Shown here one piece after another: positions 19,456 to 27,751 of a DNA stretch of 32,000 nucleotides. Position 1 is the stretch's first letter, and each line of letters starts with the position of its first letter. Source of the DNA: Synechocystis sp. PCC 6803 substr. PCC-P. Its GTDB lineage: Bacteria > Cyanobacteriota > Cyanobacteriia > Cyanobacteriales > Microcystaceae. Location: assembly GCF_000284455.1 (NCBI RefSeq), contig NC_017039.1:2790001-2822000 (forward strand), read 5' to 3'. The position numbers were made by a program, and so were the translations under genes. Under the pieces are notes generated by a model. The model was not told the origin of the DNA and did no database searches. It was given only the letters and a program-made list of their open reading frames with translations.

Positions 19456-20118
19456 CTAGTCGCTCTCCCCATCCTCTTTACCCTGACTTTGGTGATGGTC
19501 ATCGAATAGGATCAGGGTTTCCGCTGCCTGACGGGGAGAATCAGTGTCTTTTCTCAATGAGGCTGGGATTATGGGGGGGAGATTTTCTCCTTTTTCGTTT
19601 GACAAAAGTTCATAGGTTTCTTTTGCTTGGGCTTCCACCAACTCAGGCGATCGCCATCGGGGAGTTTTCAATGGGGAAACTGGAGAAATTGGCAATTGGG
19701 GAACAGGCAAAACCAGGGCCGCCGAAGGAGTATCTTCCTGAGCTTCACGGACAATATTTTTAACAAAAAAGTTAATTGTTTCTTCCTTTAACCAACCCTT
19801 GAGCACCGCCACCGAACCGAAGCGGACCCCCAACCGTCGTTGTTCCCGCAAAATACGTTCGATCTGGTCTTCATCCAAAAGATGGGCCATCTTCAGATAG
19901 TAGCCAATGGGACCTTGCACTGGCTGACCAACCATTGCAGGCCAAAGATCAACAAAAAAGTCCGCCGTTTCCTGGGAAATCCAGCCATGGTGAGAAAGAA
20001 TCTCCCCCAACAACATCTGGAATTGCTTTTGTTCGTACAAAGCCACCTCCAATTGCCCAGGGGTAATTAGTTTTGCTTCCTGAAGAATAATACCGATGGG
20101 CTTTTGGCTGCTGACCAT
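19456..20118 (-). CDS. Conserved cyanobacterial hypothetical protein, two repeated helical segments at the N-terminus
   Basis: 220 aa, good codon continuity. IGIILQEAKLITPGQLEVALYEQKQFQMLLGEIL and IGYYLKMAHLLDEDQIERILREQRRLGVRFGSVAVLKGW look like a duplicated module, resembling the MshEN/GspE-N helical style. Confidence 0.65.
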   Translation of the reverse strand: MVSSQKPIGIILQEAKLITPGQLEVALYEQKQFQMLLGEILSHHGWISQETADFFVDLWPAMVGQPVQGPIGYYLKMAHLLDEDQIERILREQRRLGVRFGSVAVLKGWLKEETINFFVKNIVREAQEDTPSAALVLPVPQLPISPVSPLKTPRWRSPELVEAQAKETYELLSNEKGENLPPIIPASLRKDTDSPRQAAETLILFDDHHQSQGKEDGESD

Positions 20119-20212
20119 GGTGAACGGGGGAGGAAAAGGGTCCAGAATCGGACAGAATAGACTCTGAATGAAGGAAAAAAGACGTAATTAGGCGTAATTG
20201 AACCCTAGTAAT

Positions 20213-20548
20213 CTAACCACCACTAATTTTAGCCTTGTAGCCCTGCTTTAACAAATAAGCAAGAATTTTCTCCCGTTGATCCCCCTGGATTTCCACGCAG
20301 TCTTCTTTCAAGGTGCCCCCACTGCCACAAAAACTTTTCAGGGCCTTGAGTAGAGCTTGCTGTCCCATGGCCGATAATTGCAAACCACTCACTACCGTCA
20401 CCGTTTTTCCTTTGCGGCCAGAACGAGTTGCTTGGATGCGGACATTTTGCTGTTGGGGGGGAAGATCAATTTGCTCCTCCGATAGGGGGTCTGCCACCGG
20501 ACCAAATTCTTGATAAACAATGCGAGCTGGAGGTTTGGAACTGGCCAT
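20213..20548 (-). CDS. SUI1/eIF1-like translation initiation factor (YciH family)
   Basis: RKGKTVTVVSGLQLSAMGQQALLKALKSFCGSGGTLKEDCVEIQGDQREKILAYLLKQGYKAK. Confidence 0.92.
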   Translation of the reverse strand: MASSKPPARIVYQEFGPVADPLSEEQIDLPPQQQNVRIQATRSGRKGKTVTVVSGLQLSAMGQQALLKALKSFCGSGGTLKEDCVEIQGDQREKILAYLLKQGYKAKISGG

Positions 20549-20741
20549 AGGACTGGAAAAAAATATTGGGCAACGCTAACAAGTAGGGAGTGATTGAGGA
20601 ATTAGCGTCCGATCGCCGGGGTAAAATAGTACACATTACGCCTACTAATGAGATTACCAGATTCAACGCTGTTAGTGGGAGAGCTTATTTGTAAAGTTTT
20701 GATCTATGGCATGTTGGTAGAATCTTGAGGGCACTTTAGTT

Positions 20742-21464
20742 TTACTGAGATTTTAAATAGACATCAGGCTTTTCCCGCTTGAGCAAAAACAAACTGAGGG
20801 TTAACCAGATAAAGCCCACTCCGTAACCAGCCAAAATATCTGTTGCCCAATGAACCCGACAATACATACTGGCAATGCCAATGAAGCCGACCCAAAGGGT
20901 GGCACCAAGATAAATTTGCCAACGGTATTGGGGAAAATGGGCCGCCAACAAAAAAGCTAAGTAGAAGTAAAACACCACTCCGCCCGCCGCATGGCCACTA
21001 GGAAAACTACGCCCATCCACATCCACTAAACGGGGTAAAGGTCGAGTACGGTTAAAAAAGGGCTTCAACACTTGGTCAATTACCAAAAGAATGCCCAGGG
21101 TGGCAAAAACTAGATATTTAATCTCCGACCAATAGCGTTTCCAAGCTAAAAAACCTAGGGTGATGGCAATCATCGTGGCGGTCAATTCCACCCCCGTACC
21201 TTTATAGACTTTGATCCAAAAAGGGGCCATGGCCTCGGGAATTACCTTATGGAGGAAATCTAAAAAGGCAATGTCAAAGGCGATTTCCTTTAAATCGTTC
21301 ACTTCCTTAAAATTGTGGCCTAGGGCGATTAATAATCCAACGATCGCCAAGCAGCAGAAAAAGGGAACCCGACCGACAATGGTTAACCAGGGAGGTAAAG
21401 AAGTATGGGCCGAAGACTTCATTGGCAAGGTGTAAGAATTGACAATTTTTAAGCATAGGGCCAT
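20742..21464 (-). CDS. PAP2 superfamily phosphatase (membrane)
   Basis: KPFFNRTRPLP, SFPSGHAAGGVVF and CRVHWATDILAGYGVG form the PAP2 tripartite signature. The track start at 21485 is a TTG overlapping the upstream holA stop; start uncertain. Confidence 0.88.
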   Translation of the reverse strand: MALCLKIVNSYTLPMKSSAHTSLPPWLTIVGRVPFFCCLAIVGLLIALGHNFKEVNDLKEIAFDIAFLDFLHKVIPEAMAPFWIKVYKGTGVELTATMIAITLGFLAWKRYWSEIKYLVFATLGILLVIDQVLKPFFNRTRPLPRLVDVDGRSFPSGHAAGGVVFYFYLAFLLAAHFPQYRWQIYLGATLWVGFIGIASMYCRVHWATDILAGYGVGFIWLTLSLFLLKREKPDVYLKSQ

Positions 21465-21481
21465 TTGTCGACCGACGGAGA

Positions 21482-22483
21482 TCAACGGCGACGGTGTATG
21501 GGCTGGAATAATGATGATAGTTCAATCACCTTAGTTTGTAGGCTCGAACAGGGGTCCGCTCCTCGCTTTAGTTGATATTCCAATTCCAACAACAGGGGTA
21601 AGGTTTTGAGCAATTGCCCGCCGGTAATGCCCCGCAATTCCTTCTTTAAAAAATACAAACGTTTGGGATTACTGAGATCGGCCTGGGCGGCGATCGCTTT
21701 GTCATCTTTTTCCCCTGCCTCCAAAGCAAGCTTGATCAATGTCCAAGTACGAAACTGGCCGGTGAGGGTAGCCAATATTTTTAAAGCCGGTTCGTTGTGG
21801 GTCAGCAATAAGTCTGCCACCAATTGCAATGCCTGGGGGGTTTCTCCATCCCGGATCGCCTGGGCTAATTGCAAACTATTTTGGGTGCTGGTATTGACCA
21901 ACTGTTCTACCTGGGCCACCGTTAAGGGGCCCGTTTGACTCTCGCTATAGAGTTTGAGCTTGCCCAACTCATTCCAAATTAGCCTCGTGTCATTACCCAA
22001 CGCTTCTGCCAAAAAACCTTCCGTTTCCGTTGCTAAGGGAAGTTGCAGATCCTGGGCGATCGCCTGAATTTGATGGATGAGAGCGTCCACATTCCAGGGT
22101 GAAATGAGGGCAAATTCCCGGATAGTGGCATTACCTTCCAAATATTTGGTCGATTTCAGTCGGCGATCGAGCTTTTTACTGGATGTGAATAGTAAATGGC
22201 AGTCGGTGGGAATGGCGGGCAAACTTTTTTGCAACCTAGCCAGCAAACCATCGTCGCAACTTTGTCCTAAGGTGGAGTCCACCACCCACACCAGGCGATC
22301 GCCACTACCAAAAGGGGGTGTCAAGGCTTGCTCCAGACCCCGTTGGGTAGCATCAGCTTGTTCCCCCGGAATTTTTTCAAAATTAAAGGCCTCCCATTGG
22401 GGATCTAAACAACGTTTCTGCAGTTGTTTGACTGCTTGGTGCAGGGTAAATTGGTCTTCGCCCCAATAGAAATATACGGGCAT
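21482..22483 (-). CDS. holA: DNA polymerase III delta subunit
   Basis: MPVYFYWGEDQFTLHQAVKQLQKRCLDPQWEAFNFEK, LVWVVDSTLG, LNLANPKRLYFLKK-like C-terminal region, RGADP. Confidence 0.85.
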   Translation of the reverse strand: MPVYFYWGEDQFTLHQAVKQLQKRCLDPQWEAFNFEKIPGEQADATQRGLEQALTPPFGSGDRLVWVVDSTLGQSCDDGLLARLQKSLPAIPTDCHLLFTSSKKLDRRLKSTKYLEGNATIREFALISPWNVDALIHQIQAIAQDLQLPLATETEGFLAEALGNDTRLIWNELGKLKLYSESQTGPLTVAQVEQLVNTSTQNSLQLAQAIRDGETPQALQLVADLLLTHNEPALKILATLTGQFRTWTLIKLALEAGEKDDKAIAAQADLSNPKRLYFLKKELRGITGGQLLKTLPLLLELEYQLKRGADPCSSLQTKVIELSSLFQPIHRRR

Positions 22484-22557
22484 AGCAACACCGGGGGATT
22501 TTCATGTAGCTTCCCTTAAGCTTAGGCCAGGGGGCGTTTCACACAAACTTTTAACGA

Positions 22558-22788
22558 CTAACGACCTTTGAGAGCTTTTTGAAAGTTTTTGCGATAGGAG
22601 GGATTGACCAGGAGCAGTCCAGGCCATAGCAATGCCAGGGAGATGCGGGTTGCTAAGCTACGATTAAAATTGGTGTGGCGATAGCCAGAAAGAAAACGCC
22701 AGACCCCGCCGACGTAGACCACCAAAAGAACAAACGAAACTAAATATCCCATAGTGCTTGAGACGCCGAGAGTGGAAACTGTGCTCAA
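22558..22788 (-). CDS. Small membrane protein of unknown function
   Basis: 76 aa with a hydrophobic segment MGYLVSFVLLVVYVGGVWRFL and SLALLWPGLLLVNPSYRKNFQKALKG. Confidence 0.6.
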   Translation of the reverse strand: MSTVSTLGVSSTMGYLVSFVLLVVYVGGVWRFLSGYRHTNFNRSLATRISLALLWPGLLLVNPSYRKNFQKALKGR

Positions 22789-22950
22789 AGGCGGTTACTG
22801 GGTTCATTTTAGCAAATTACCCACCAGGACACAGCATCCGACAAGGTGATTGCCTTTTAAATAGTTCAAAAGTTTTGTTAATTATCAATTTTGGTTGTGG
22901 ATATTTTGGCACAACTTTTGTCGGAACTATTCATAAAAAGTTACTTATCC

Positions 22951-23337
22951 ATGTCTAATAAGGTAATAAAAAAACAAACATTGACTATTTCTTGGTTAAC
23001 ACTTAGTCAAGTTTTGGGGGGAATAACTATGGTGTTGGCCCAATCCATTCCCCCGCGCTTCCAAGGCACATGGGTAGAAAATTTAAAAAACTGTGCTCTA
23101 CCCATGGACGACACTAGATTAGTTCTATCAGATGGTTGGGTCGATTTCCATGAGTCGAGGGGAAAAATAACTGCCGTAACAGTGGATGATGAGCTAAATC
23201 TTCGTGTGACTGCTAAATTAGCGGGAGAAGGAGAAACTTGGAAAGATACCTTTCATTTTCGCCTTTCCGAGAATCATCAAAAATTAACTAGCATTCACGA
23301 AGATGGCATCAGTTTTACCCGTCACCGATGCCCATAA
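22951..23337 (+). CDS. Putative exported protein of unknown function
   Basis: MSNKVIKKQTLTISWLTLSQVLGGITMVLAQS looks like a signal peptide, followed by IPPRFQGTWVENLKNCALP. Track start at 22891. Confidence 0.6.
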   Translation: MSNKVIKKQTLTISWLTLSQVLGGITMVLAQSIPPRFQGTWVENLKNCALPMDDTRLVLSDGWVDFHESRGKITAVTVDDELNLRVTAKLAGEGETWKDTFHFRLSENHQKLTSIHEDGISFTRHRCP

Positions 23338-23394
23338 ATCATTAGGATTAACACAATAAACACCTTTAATGTTTAATGTAGTTGGATTTTAAAA

Positions 23395-23841
23395 CTACGG
23401 TGCCAACCAAGAGAAGGGTGCAAAGGGAATATTTCTGGCCACCCAATAAGCTAAAATCGCCTGTAGTATGAACCAGATTACCTTGGGGGGAACAAACCAA
23501 ACTAATAAAGTCCGCCCATTAATAGTTTTTAAGCCATAGGCAACGTAGGAATAAATCATAAATGGGAGGGAAATCATCATCAAAGGATTTAGGCCAAAAG
23601 CTCCCACTAAGTTGCCATGCAATAATTGATGCAACGCCCGTAAAGTGCCGCAACCGGGGCAGTACAGCCCAGTTAAACTGCGAAAGGGGCTGGGGGGAAA
23701 TAATTTCGATGAAGCAGGATCAAACAGGAACAGAAGAGTGCCAGCAACGACAATGGTTAGGGTTACCAAAGTGAATACTAAATATTCCTTGGCCTTAGCG
23801 GATAGTAATGGAGATGGGGAATAATTTTTCAAACTAAACAT
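23395..23841 (-). CDS. DUF2752 membrane protein
   Basis: FPPSPFRSLTGLYCPGCGTLRALHQLLHGNLVGAFGLNPLMM is the DUF2752 CPGCGxxRA...H.L.G....A...NP signature. Confidence 0.85.
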   Translation of the reverse strand: MFSLKNYSPSPLLSAKAKEYLVFTLVTLTIVVAGTLLFLFDPASSKLFPPSPFRSLTGLYCPGCGTLRALHQLLHGNLVGAFGLNPLMMISLPFMIYSYVAYGLKTINGRTLLVWFVPPKVIWFILQAILAYWVARNIPFAPFSWLAP

Positions 23842-23893
23842 GGTATTCGTTAATGAATGGTGAACAAGGCAAAGTCAAAAAATGTAACTTTAA

Positions 23894-24148
23894 TTACTGA
23901 CCAAAGACGGCGGCAATAACCACTAGCACAAAATAGATGGCAATGAAAATTATGCCGGCACCAAAGGACCACCAACAAAACTTTTTCGCTTCCTTGGAAG
24001 CCTTTACAGCGCCTTCATAGTCCCCTGAAGCTAAACGAGAATTAACTTCCGATGCTTTGATAATGGCCACAATACCCAGGGGTAAGCAACAAAATAGAGT
24101 TACCAGGATCGATTGCGCCAAGTAATTTGGTACATACTGATTTGTCAT
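23894..24148 (-). CDS. CD225/dispanin-like small membrane protein
   Basis: YLAQSILVTLFCCLPLGIVAIIKASEVNSRLASGDYEGAVKASKEAKKFCWWSFGAGII is the typical CD225 segment. Confidence 0.82.
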   Translation of the reverse strand: MTNQYVPNYLAQSILVTLFCCLPLGIVAIIKASEVNSRLASGDYEGAVKASKEAKKFCWWSFGAGIIFIAIYFVLVVIAAVFGQ

Positions 24149-24344
24149 AAAACAAACTCATTTCTGAGTAGACTGGAATATACCAGCCAGGATAGACAGA
24201 AATTATCTTAATGGTTCATTTTGTTGCGTTTTCTTCACAATTTGATCTTGCTTATTTGTTAGTTTCAGAGCACTATTAATAACAATAGGGGAATGAAGAG
24301 CGCCAAAAACAAGTAATTGTGTTTTTAAAGAAAAACTTGCGATC

Positions 24345-24788
24345 ATGATTTTTATGAAATACAAAGCTGAACAATTTATCAGCTCTTCTGAATTTAGTCC
24401 TAGTTTCGCCAAGCTTTCAGAACACGGCAAAAACTCTTTGTCATGCAAAATAGTCAGAAATTACTATGTGATGGCTTCTACAAACTTAACTTCTATTCGT
24501 GAGTCTCTTAGGAGATGTCGCGATGAGAGTGGACAGCCACTTAGCTTAAGCCCTAGCGAATTAAAACCATCAAGTTATCGGCTGGAGTTTGAACTAGTAG
24601 CACTAATTGCTTCAAATTTGACACAGATGCCAGATTTAGAGAATTTTATCAAAGATGATAAAGAAACTACTAATGAAGATAAATTAATTTTGTTGACTGC
24701 TTATCAAGGTTTCAAAAATAAAGTTGATGGATTGTTTAAATTATTTGGTTGGCCATGCTTTGGATTTAAACAAGAAAAAGAAACTTAA
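24345..24788 (+). CDS. Hypothetical protein, no recognised family, AT-rich
   Basis: Open 147-codon frame. Internal Met at codon 4 and further starts possible. Confidence 0.45.
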   Translation: MIFMKYKAEQFISSSEFSPSFAKLSEHGKNSLSCKIVRNYYVMASTNLTSIRESLRRCRDESGQPLSLSPSELKPSSYRLEFELVALIASNLTQMPDLENFIKDDKETTNEDKLILLTAYQGFKNKVDGLFKLFGWPCFGFKQEKET

Positions 24789-24819
24789 AAAATCTTATAT
24801 TTTTTATTGTTTAAATTGT

Positions 24820-25281
24820 CACCAATTTTTGTAGGGATGTTGGGCTAAATTGACGTTGTAATAGCGGGCATCATCCGTTACCTCTTCCCCGATCCAGGGA
24901 AGTAGACTTATTTTTTCACCAGTGTAGGTTAATTCCACTTCCGCTAAAATTAGACCCTGGTTATCCCCCAAAAACTCGTCTACTTCTCAGGTTTTACCAT
25001 GGTAATCGAGGCAATAACGATATTTTCAATCAGGGGCGGTGAACAGAGTTCTGTCAAAATTTAATTGGCTTCCACTGCAAGAATTTCATACTCAAATCCA
25101 AGCGGGCAATGCTGGCATTTTTACCCTTAATGGTGAGATAGGCCCGATCGCCAATGGTACGGACTCGCAGCGTAGTTAAATCTGGGGTGGCAATGTAACC
25201 TTGACGGTACAAATAACCCTGGACTAAACTCCGCCAGCGGTCATCTTTAACCAGGAATTTATGTTCAATCTCGATGGCCAC
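24820..25281 (-). pseudogene. Degenerate CYTH domain protein (class IV adenylate cyclase / triphosphatase-like)
   Basis: Frame A: VVAIEIEHKFLVKDDRWRSLVQGYLYRQGYIATPDLTTLRVRTIGDRAYLTIKGKN..IARL. Frame B: GFEYEILAVEAN*ILTELCSPPLIE. Frame C: YRYCLDYHGKT*EVDEFLGDNQGLILAEVELTYTGEKISLLPWIGEEVTDDARYYNVNLAQHPYKNW*. At least two frameshifts; in-frame stops near 25061-25063 and 24987-24989. Confidence 0.88.
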
Positions 25282-25349
25282 AACCTCCGCCCCCCGATGT
25301 TGCAAGTTTTATTTGATGATTACCGGTAAGCTCAACAATCCGATAGGTT

Positions 25350-25625
25350 TCCATTGTCCTATACATTTCTGGGCAAACGAGTGGGCTTTCATCTGTATTC
25401 TTCCATGGCCCACAAAATTTTGAAGGCCACCACTGACAGGATTGGTGTTGGGGGGCATCAACCCATTCTTTTCGCCGGACTACGTTAACCATAATGTGTC
25501 GGAAGGGAATGAATCTCCGGGTTATTCAAAAAATTAGTGGTCACAAGAATTTGAATGTGTTGTCCCACTATCTGGCGGCTTCTGAACAGGAGAAGGAGCA
25601 AGCTTTATCAATGATCTTGTTTTAA
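25350..25625 (+). pseudogene. Decayed C-terminal fragment of a tyrosine recombinase (phage integrase/XerC-like)
   Basis: ...GFHLYSSMAHKILKATTDRIGVGG / (frameshift in G-run 25450-25455) / ASTHSFRRTTLTIMCRKGMNLRVIQKISGHKNLNVLSHYLAASEQEKEQALSMILF*. Contains HxxR (HSFRR), GH and the catalytic-type Tyr (SHY). Confidence 0.82.
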
Positions 25626-25689
25626 AATTGATTGATATGATGATGGCTTCGTAAGTACTAATATCGAACAAATCAACCTATTTCTTTCC

Positions 25690-27024
25690 ATGATAACTTC
25701 TCCTACAAATTTAAATTCTTTACCTATTCCCCCCGGTGACTTTGGTTTACCGTGGTTAGGAGAAACTCTCAATTTTCTTAATGATGGGGACTTCGGTAAA
25801 AAGCGGCAGCAGCAATTTGGCCCAATTTTTAAAACCCGTTTATTTGGCAAAAATGTCATTTTTATTTCTGGGGCATTAGCGAATAGATTTTTATTCACCA
25901 AGGAGCAGGAAACTTTTCAGGCAACTTGGCCCCTCAGCACCAGAATTTTGTTAGGACCTAATGCGTTAGCGACTCAAATGGGAGAAATACATCGCTCGCG
26001 CCGTAAAATTCTATACCAAGCTTTTTTACCCAGGACATTGGACAGTTATCTCCCAAAAATGGATGGCATTGTTCAGGGATATTTGGAGCAATGGGGTAAA
26101 GCCAATGAAGTGATTTGGTATCCCCAATTAAGACGAATGACTTTTGATGTGGCGGCAACGTTGTTCATGGGGGAAAAAGTAAGTCAAAATCCTCAATTAT
26201 TTCCCTGGTTTGAAACTTATATTCAAGGGCTATTTAGTCTGCCAATTCCTTTACCTAATACCCTATTTGGTAAATCCCAACGAGCAAGGGCTTTGTTATT
26301 GGCTGAGCTTGAAAAAATTATTAAAGCTCGACAACAGCAACCCCCCAGTGAAGAAGATGCATTGGGCATATTATTGGCCGCCCGAGATGATAATAACCAA
26401 CCGTTATCTTTGCCGGAGCTGAAGGATCAAATTTTATTGCTATTGTTTGCCGGACATGAAACTTTAACTTCCGCATTATCTTCTTTTTGTCTATTGTTGG
26501 GACAACATTCTGACATTCGAGAAAGGGTCAGACAGGAACAGAACAAATTGCAGTTAAGCCAAGAGCTGACGGCAGAAACTCTTAAAAAAATGCCCTATCT
26601 AGACCAAGTGTTACAAGAAGTATTGCGGTTAATTCCTCCTGTGGGCGGTGGTTTTCGAGAATTAATCCAAGATTGTCAATTTCAGGGTTTTCATTTTCCC
26701 AAAGGCTGGTTAGTTTCTTATCAAATTAGCCAAACCCACGCCGATCCTGATTTATATCCTGACCCAGAAAAGTTTGATCCAGAACGGTTTACTCCTGATG
26801 GTAGTGCAACTCATAATCCTCCCTTTGCCCATGTTCCCTTTGGCGGTGGCTTACGGGAATGTTTAGGTAAGGAATTTGCTCGGCTGGAAATGAAATTATT
26901 TGCCACCCGATTAATCCAACAATTTGATTGGACATTGTTACCGGGGCAAAATTTAGAGTTGGTTGTTACCCCTAGTCCCCGGCCCAAAGATAATTTGCGA
27001 GTAAAGCTACATTCACTCATGTAA
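25690..27024 (+). CDS. cyp120A1: Cytochrome P450 CYP120A1-like (retinoid hydroxylase)
   Basis: 444 aa. I-helix LLFAGHETLTSALSSF, EVLR, heme motif FGGGLRECLGKEFARLEM. Recognised as the Synechocystis P450. Confidence 0.95.
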   Translation: MITSPTNLNSLPIPPGDFGLPWLGETLNFLNDGDFGKKRQQQFGPIFKTRLFGKNVIFISGALANRFLFTKEQETFQATWPLSTRILLGPNALATQMGEIHRSRRKILYQAFLPRTLDSYLPKMDGIVQGYLEQWGKANEVIWYPQLRRMTFDVAATLFMGEKVSQNPQLFPWFETYIQGLFSLPIPLPNTLFGKSQRARALLLAELEKIIKARQQQPPSEEDALGILLAARDDNNQPLSLPELKDQILLLLFAGHETLTSALSSFCLLLGQHSDIRERVRQEQNKLQLSQELTAETLKKMPYLDQVLQEVLRLIPPVGGGFRELIQDCQFQGFHFPKGWLVSYQISQTHADPDLYPDPEKFDPERFTPDGSATHNPPFAHVPFGGGLRECLGKEFARLEMKLFATRLIQQFDWTLLPGQNLELVVTPSPRPKDNLRVKLHSLM

Positions 27025-27045
27025 TTATTTGGTAGTGAAATTATT

Positions 27046-27061
27046 ATTGGCGATCGCCAAT
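27046..27061. repeat. HIP1 within a 16-nt perfect palindrome ATTGGCGATCGCCAAT
   Basis: Direct reading, intergenic between P450 and DUF2854 genes. Confidence 0.9.
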
Positions 27062-27150
27062 CCCAGTGGCTAGGGACCTCAGTTTTGGTAGATACTATTG
27101 CCGTGGGACAATTTGCCCATTTTTTTTCCTTGGTAAGGATATTGACTTAA

Positions 27151-27705
27151 ATGCTTCCTAAAATTTCTTTGGCCGCAGTGGGGTTAACGGTGGGGGGAAT
27201 CCTCACCATTACAGGCTTTGTGGCCTACGCCCTCGACTATGCCACCCTCAATCTGGCTGGCTTTTTCTATGGCATTCCCTTAGTGTTAGGGGGCTTGGCC
27301 CTTAAGGCGGCGGAGTTGAAACCTATTCCATTTAGTCAACCGACCTCAGAAAAAATTATCGCCCTGCGAAACCAACTGGCCACCCCCACCCAAAATCAAA
27401 TTCGCAAAGATGTGACCCGTTACCGTTACGGCCAGGAAGCCCATCTGGACGAATCCCTAGAGCGCCTAGGTTTGAGTCCCACGGATGAAGAAAGACCAGT
27501 ACTCACTAGTCTTTTGGAACAGGATTGGGAGGGAAAATACGTGCTTACCCTAACCTTTACCTCCCCCTTCATCAGCCTGGAAACTTGGCAGGAAAAGCAG
27601 GAAAAAATTGCCAAATTCTTCGGCCCAGACCTGGAAGTTACCGTCGCTGAGCCGGAAGAAAAAGTGGTGACAGTGAATCTAATTTCCCAATTAGCCCTCC
27701 CGTAA
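27151..27705 (+). CDS. DUF2854 membrane protein
   Basis: MLPKISLAAVGLTVGGILTITGFVAYALDYATLNLAGFFYGIPLVLGGLALKAAELKPIPF, found in cyanobacteria and plastids. Confidence 0.82.
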   Translation: MLPKISLAAVGLTVGGILTITGFVAYALDYATLNLAGFFYGIPLVLGGLALKAAELKPIPFSQPTSEKIIALRNQLATPTQNQIRKDVTRYRYGQEAHLDESLERLGLSPTDEERPVLTSLLEQDWEGKYVLTLTFTSPFISLETWQEKQEKIAKFFGPDLEVTVAEPEEKVVTVNLISQLALP

Positions 27706-27751
27706 TTTGTCCAACACGCTATTAGCCCTCCCGTAATTTGTCCAGCACTGT
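27690..27751. repeat. Two-copy tandem direct repeat, period 31 bp
   Basis: ATTAGCCCTCCCGTAATTTGTCCA at 27690-27713 and again identically at 27721-27744; flanking 7 nt partly conserved. Confidence 0.9.

Noticed and set aside
24203-24448. 81-aa minus ORF overlapping the 5' end of the 24345 gene
   Set aside because: AT-rich intergenic ORF without a domain, conflicting with the longer plus-strand frame.
25265-25492. 75-aa minus-strand ORF spanning the CYTH start and the integrase relic
   Set aside because: It covers parts of two degenerate genes on opposite strands; its own translation has no family signature.
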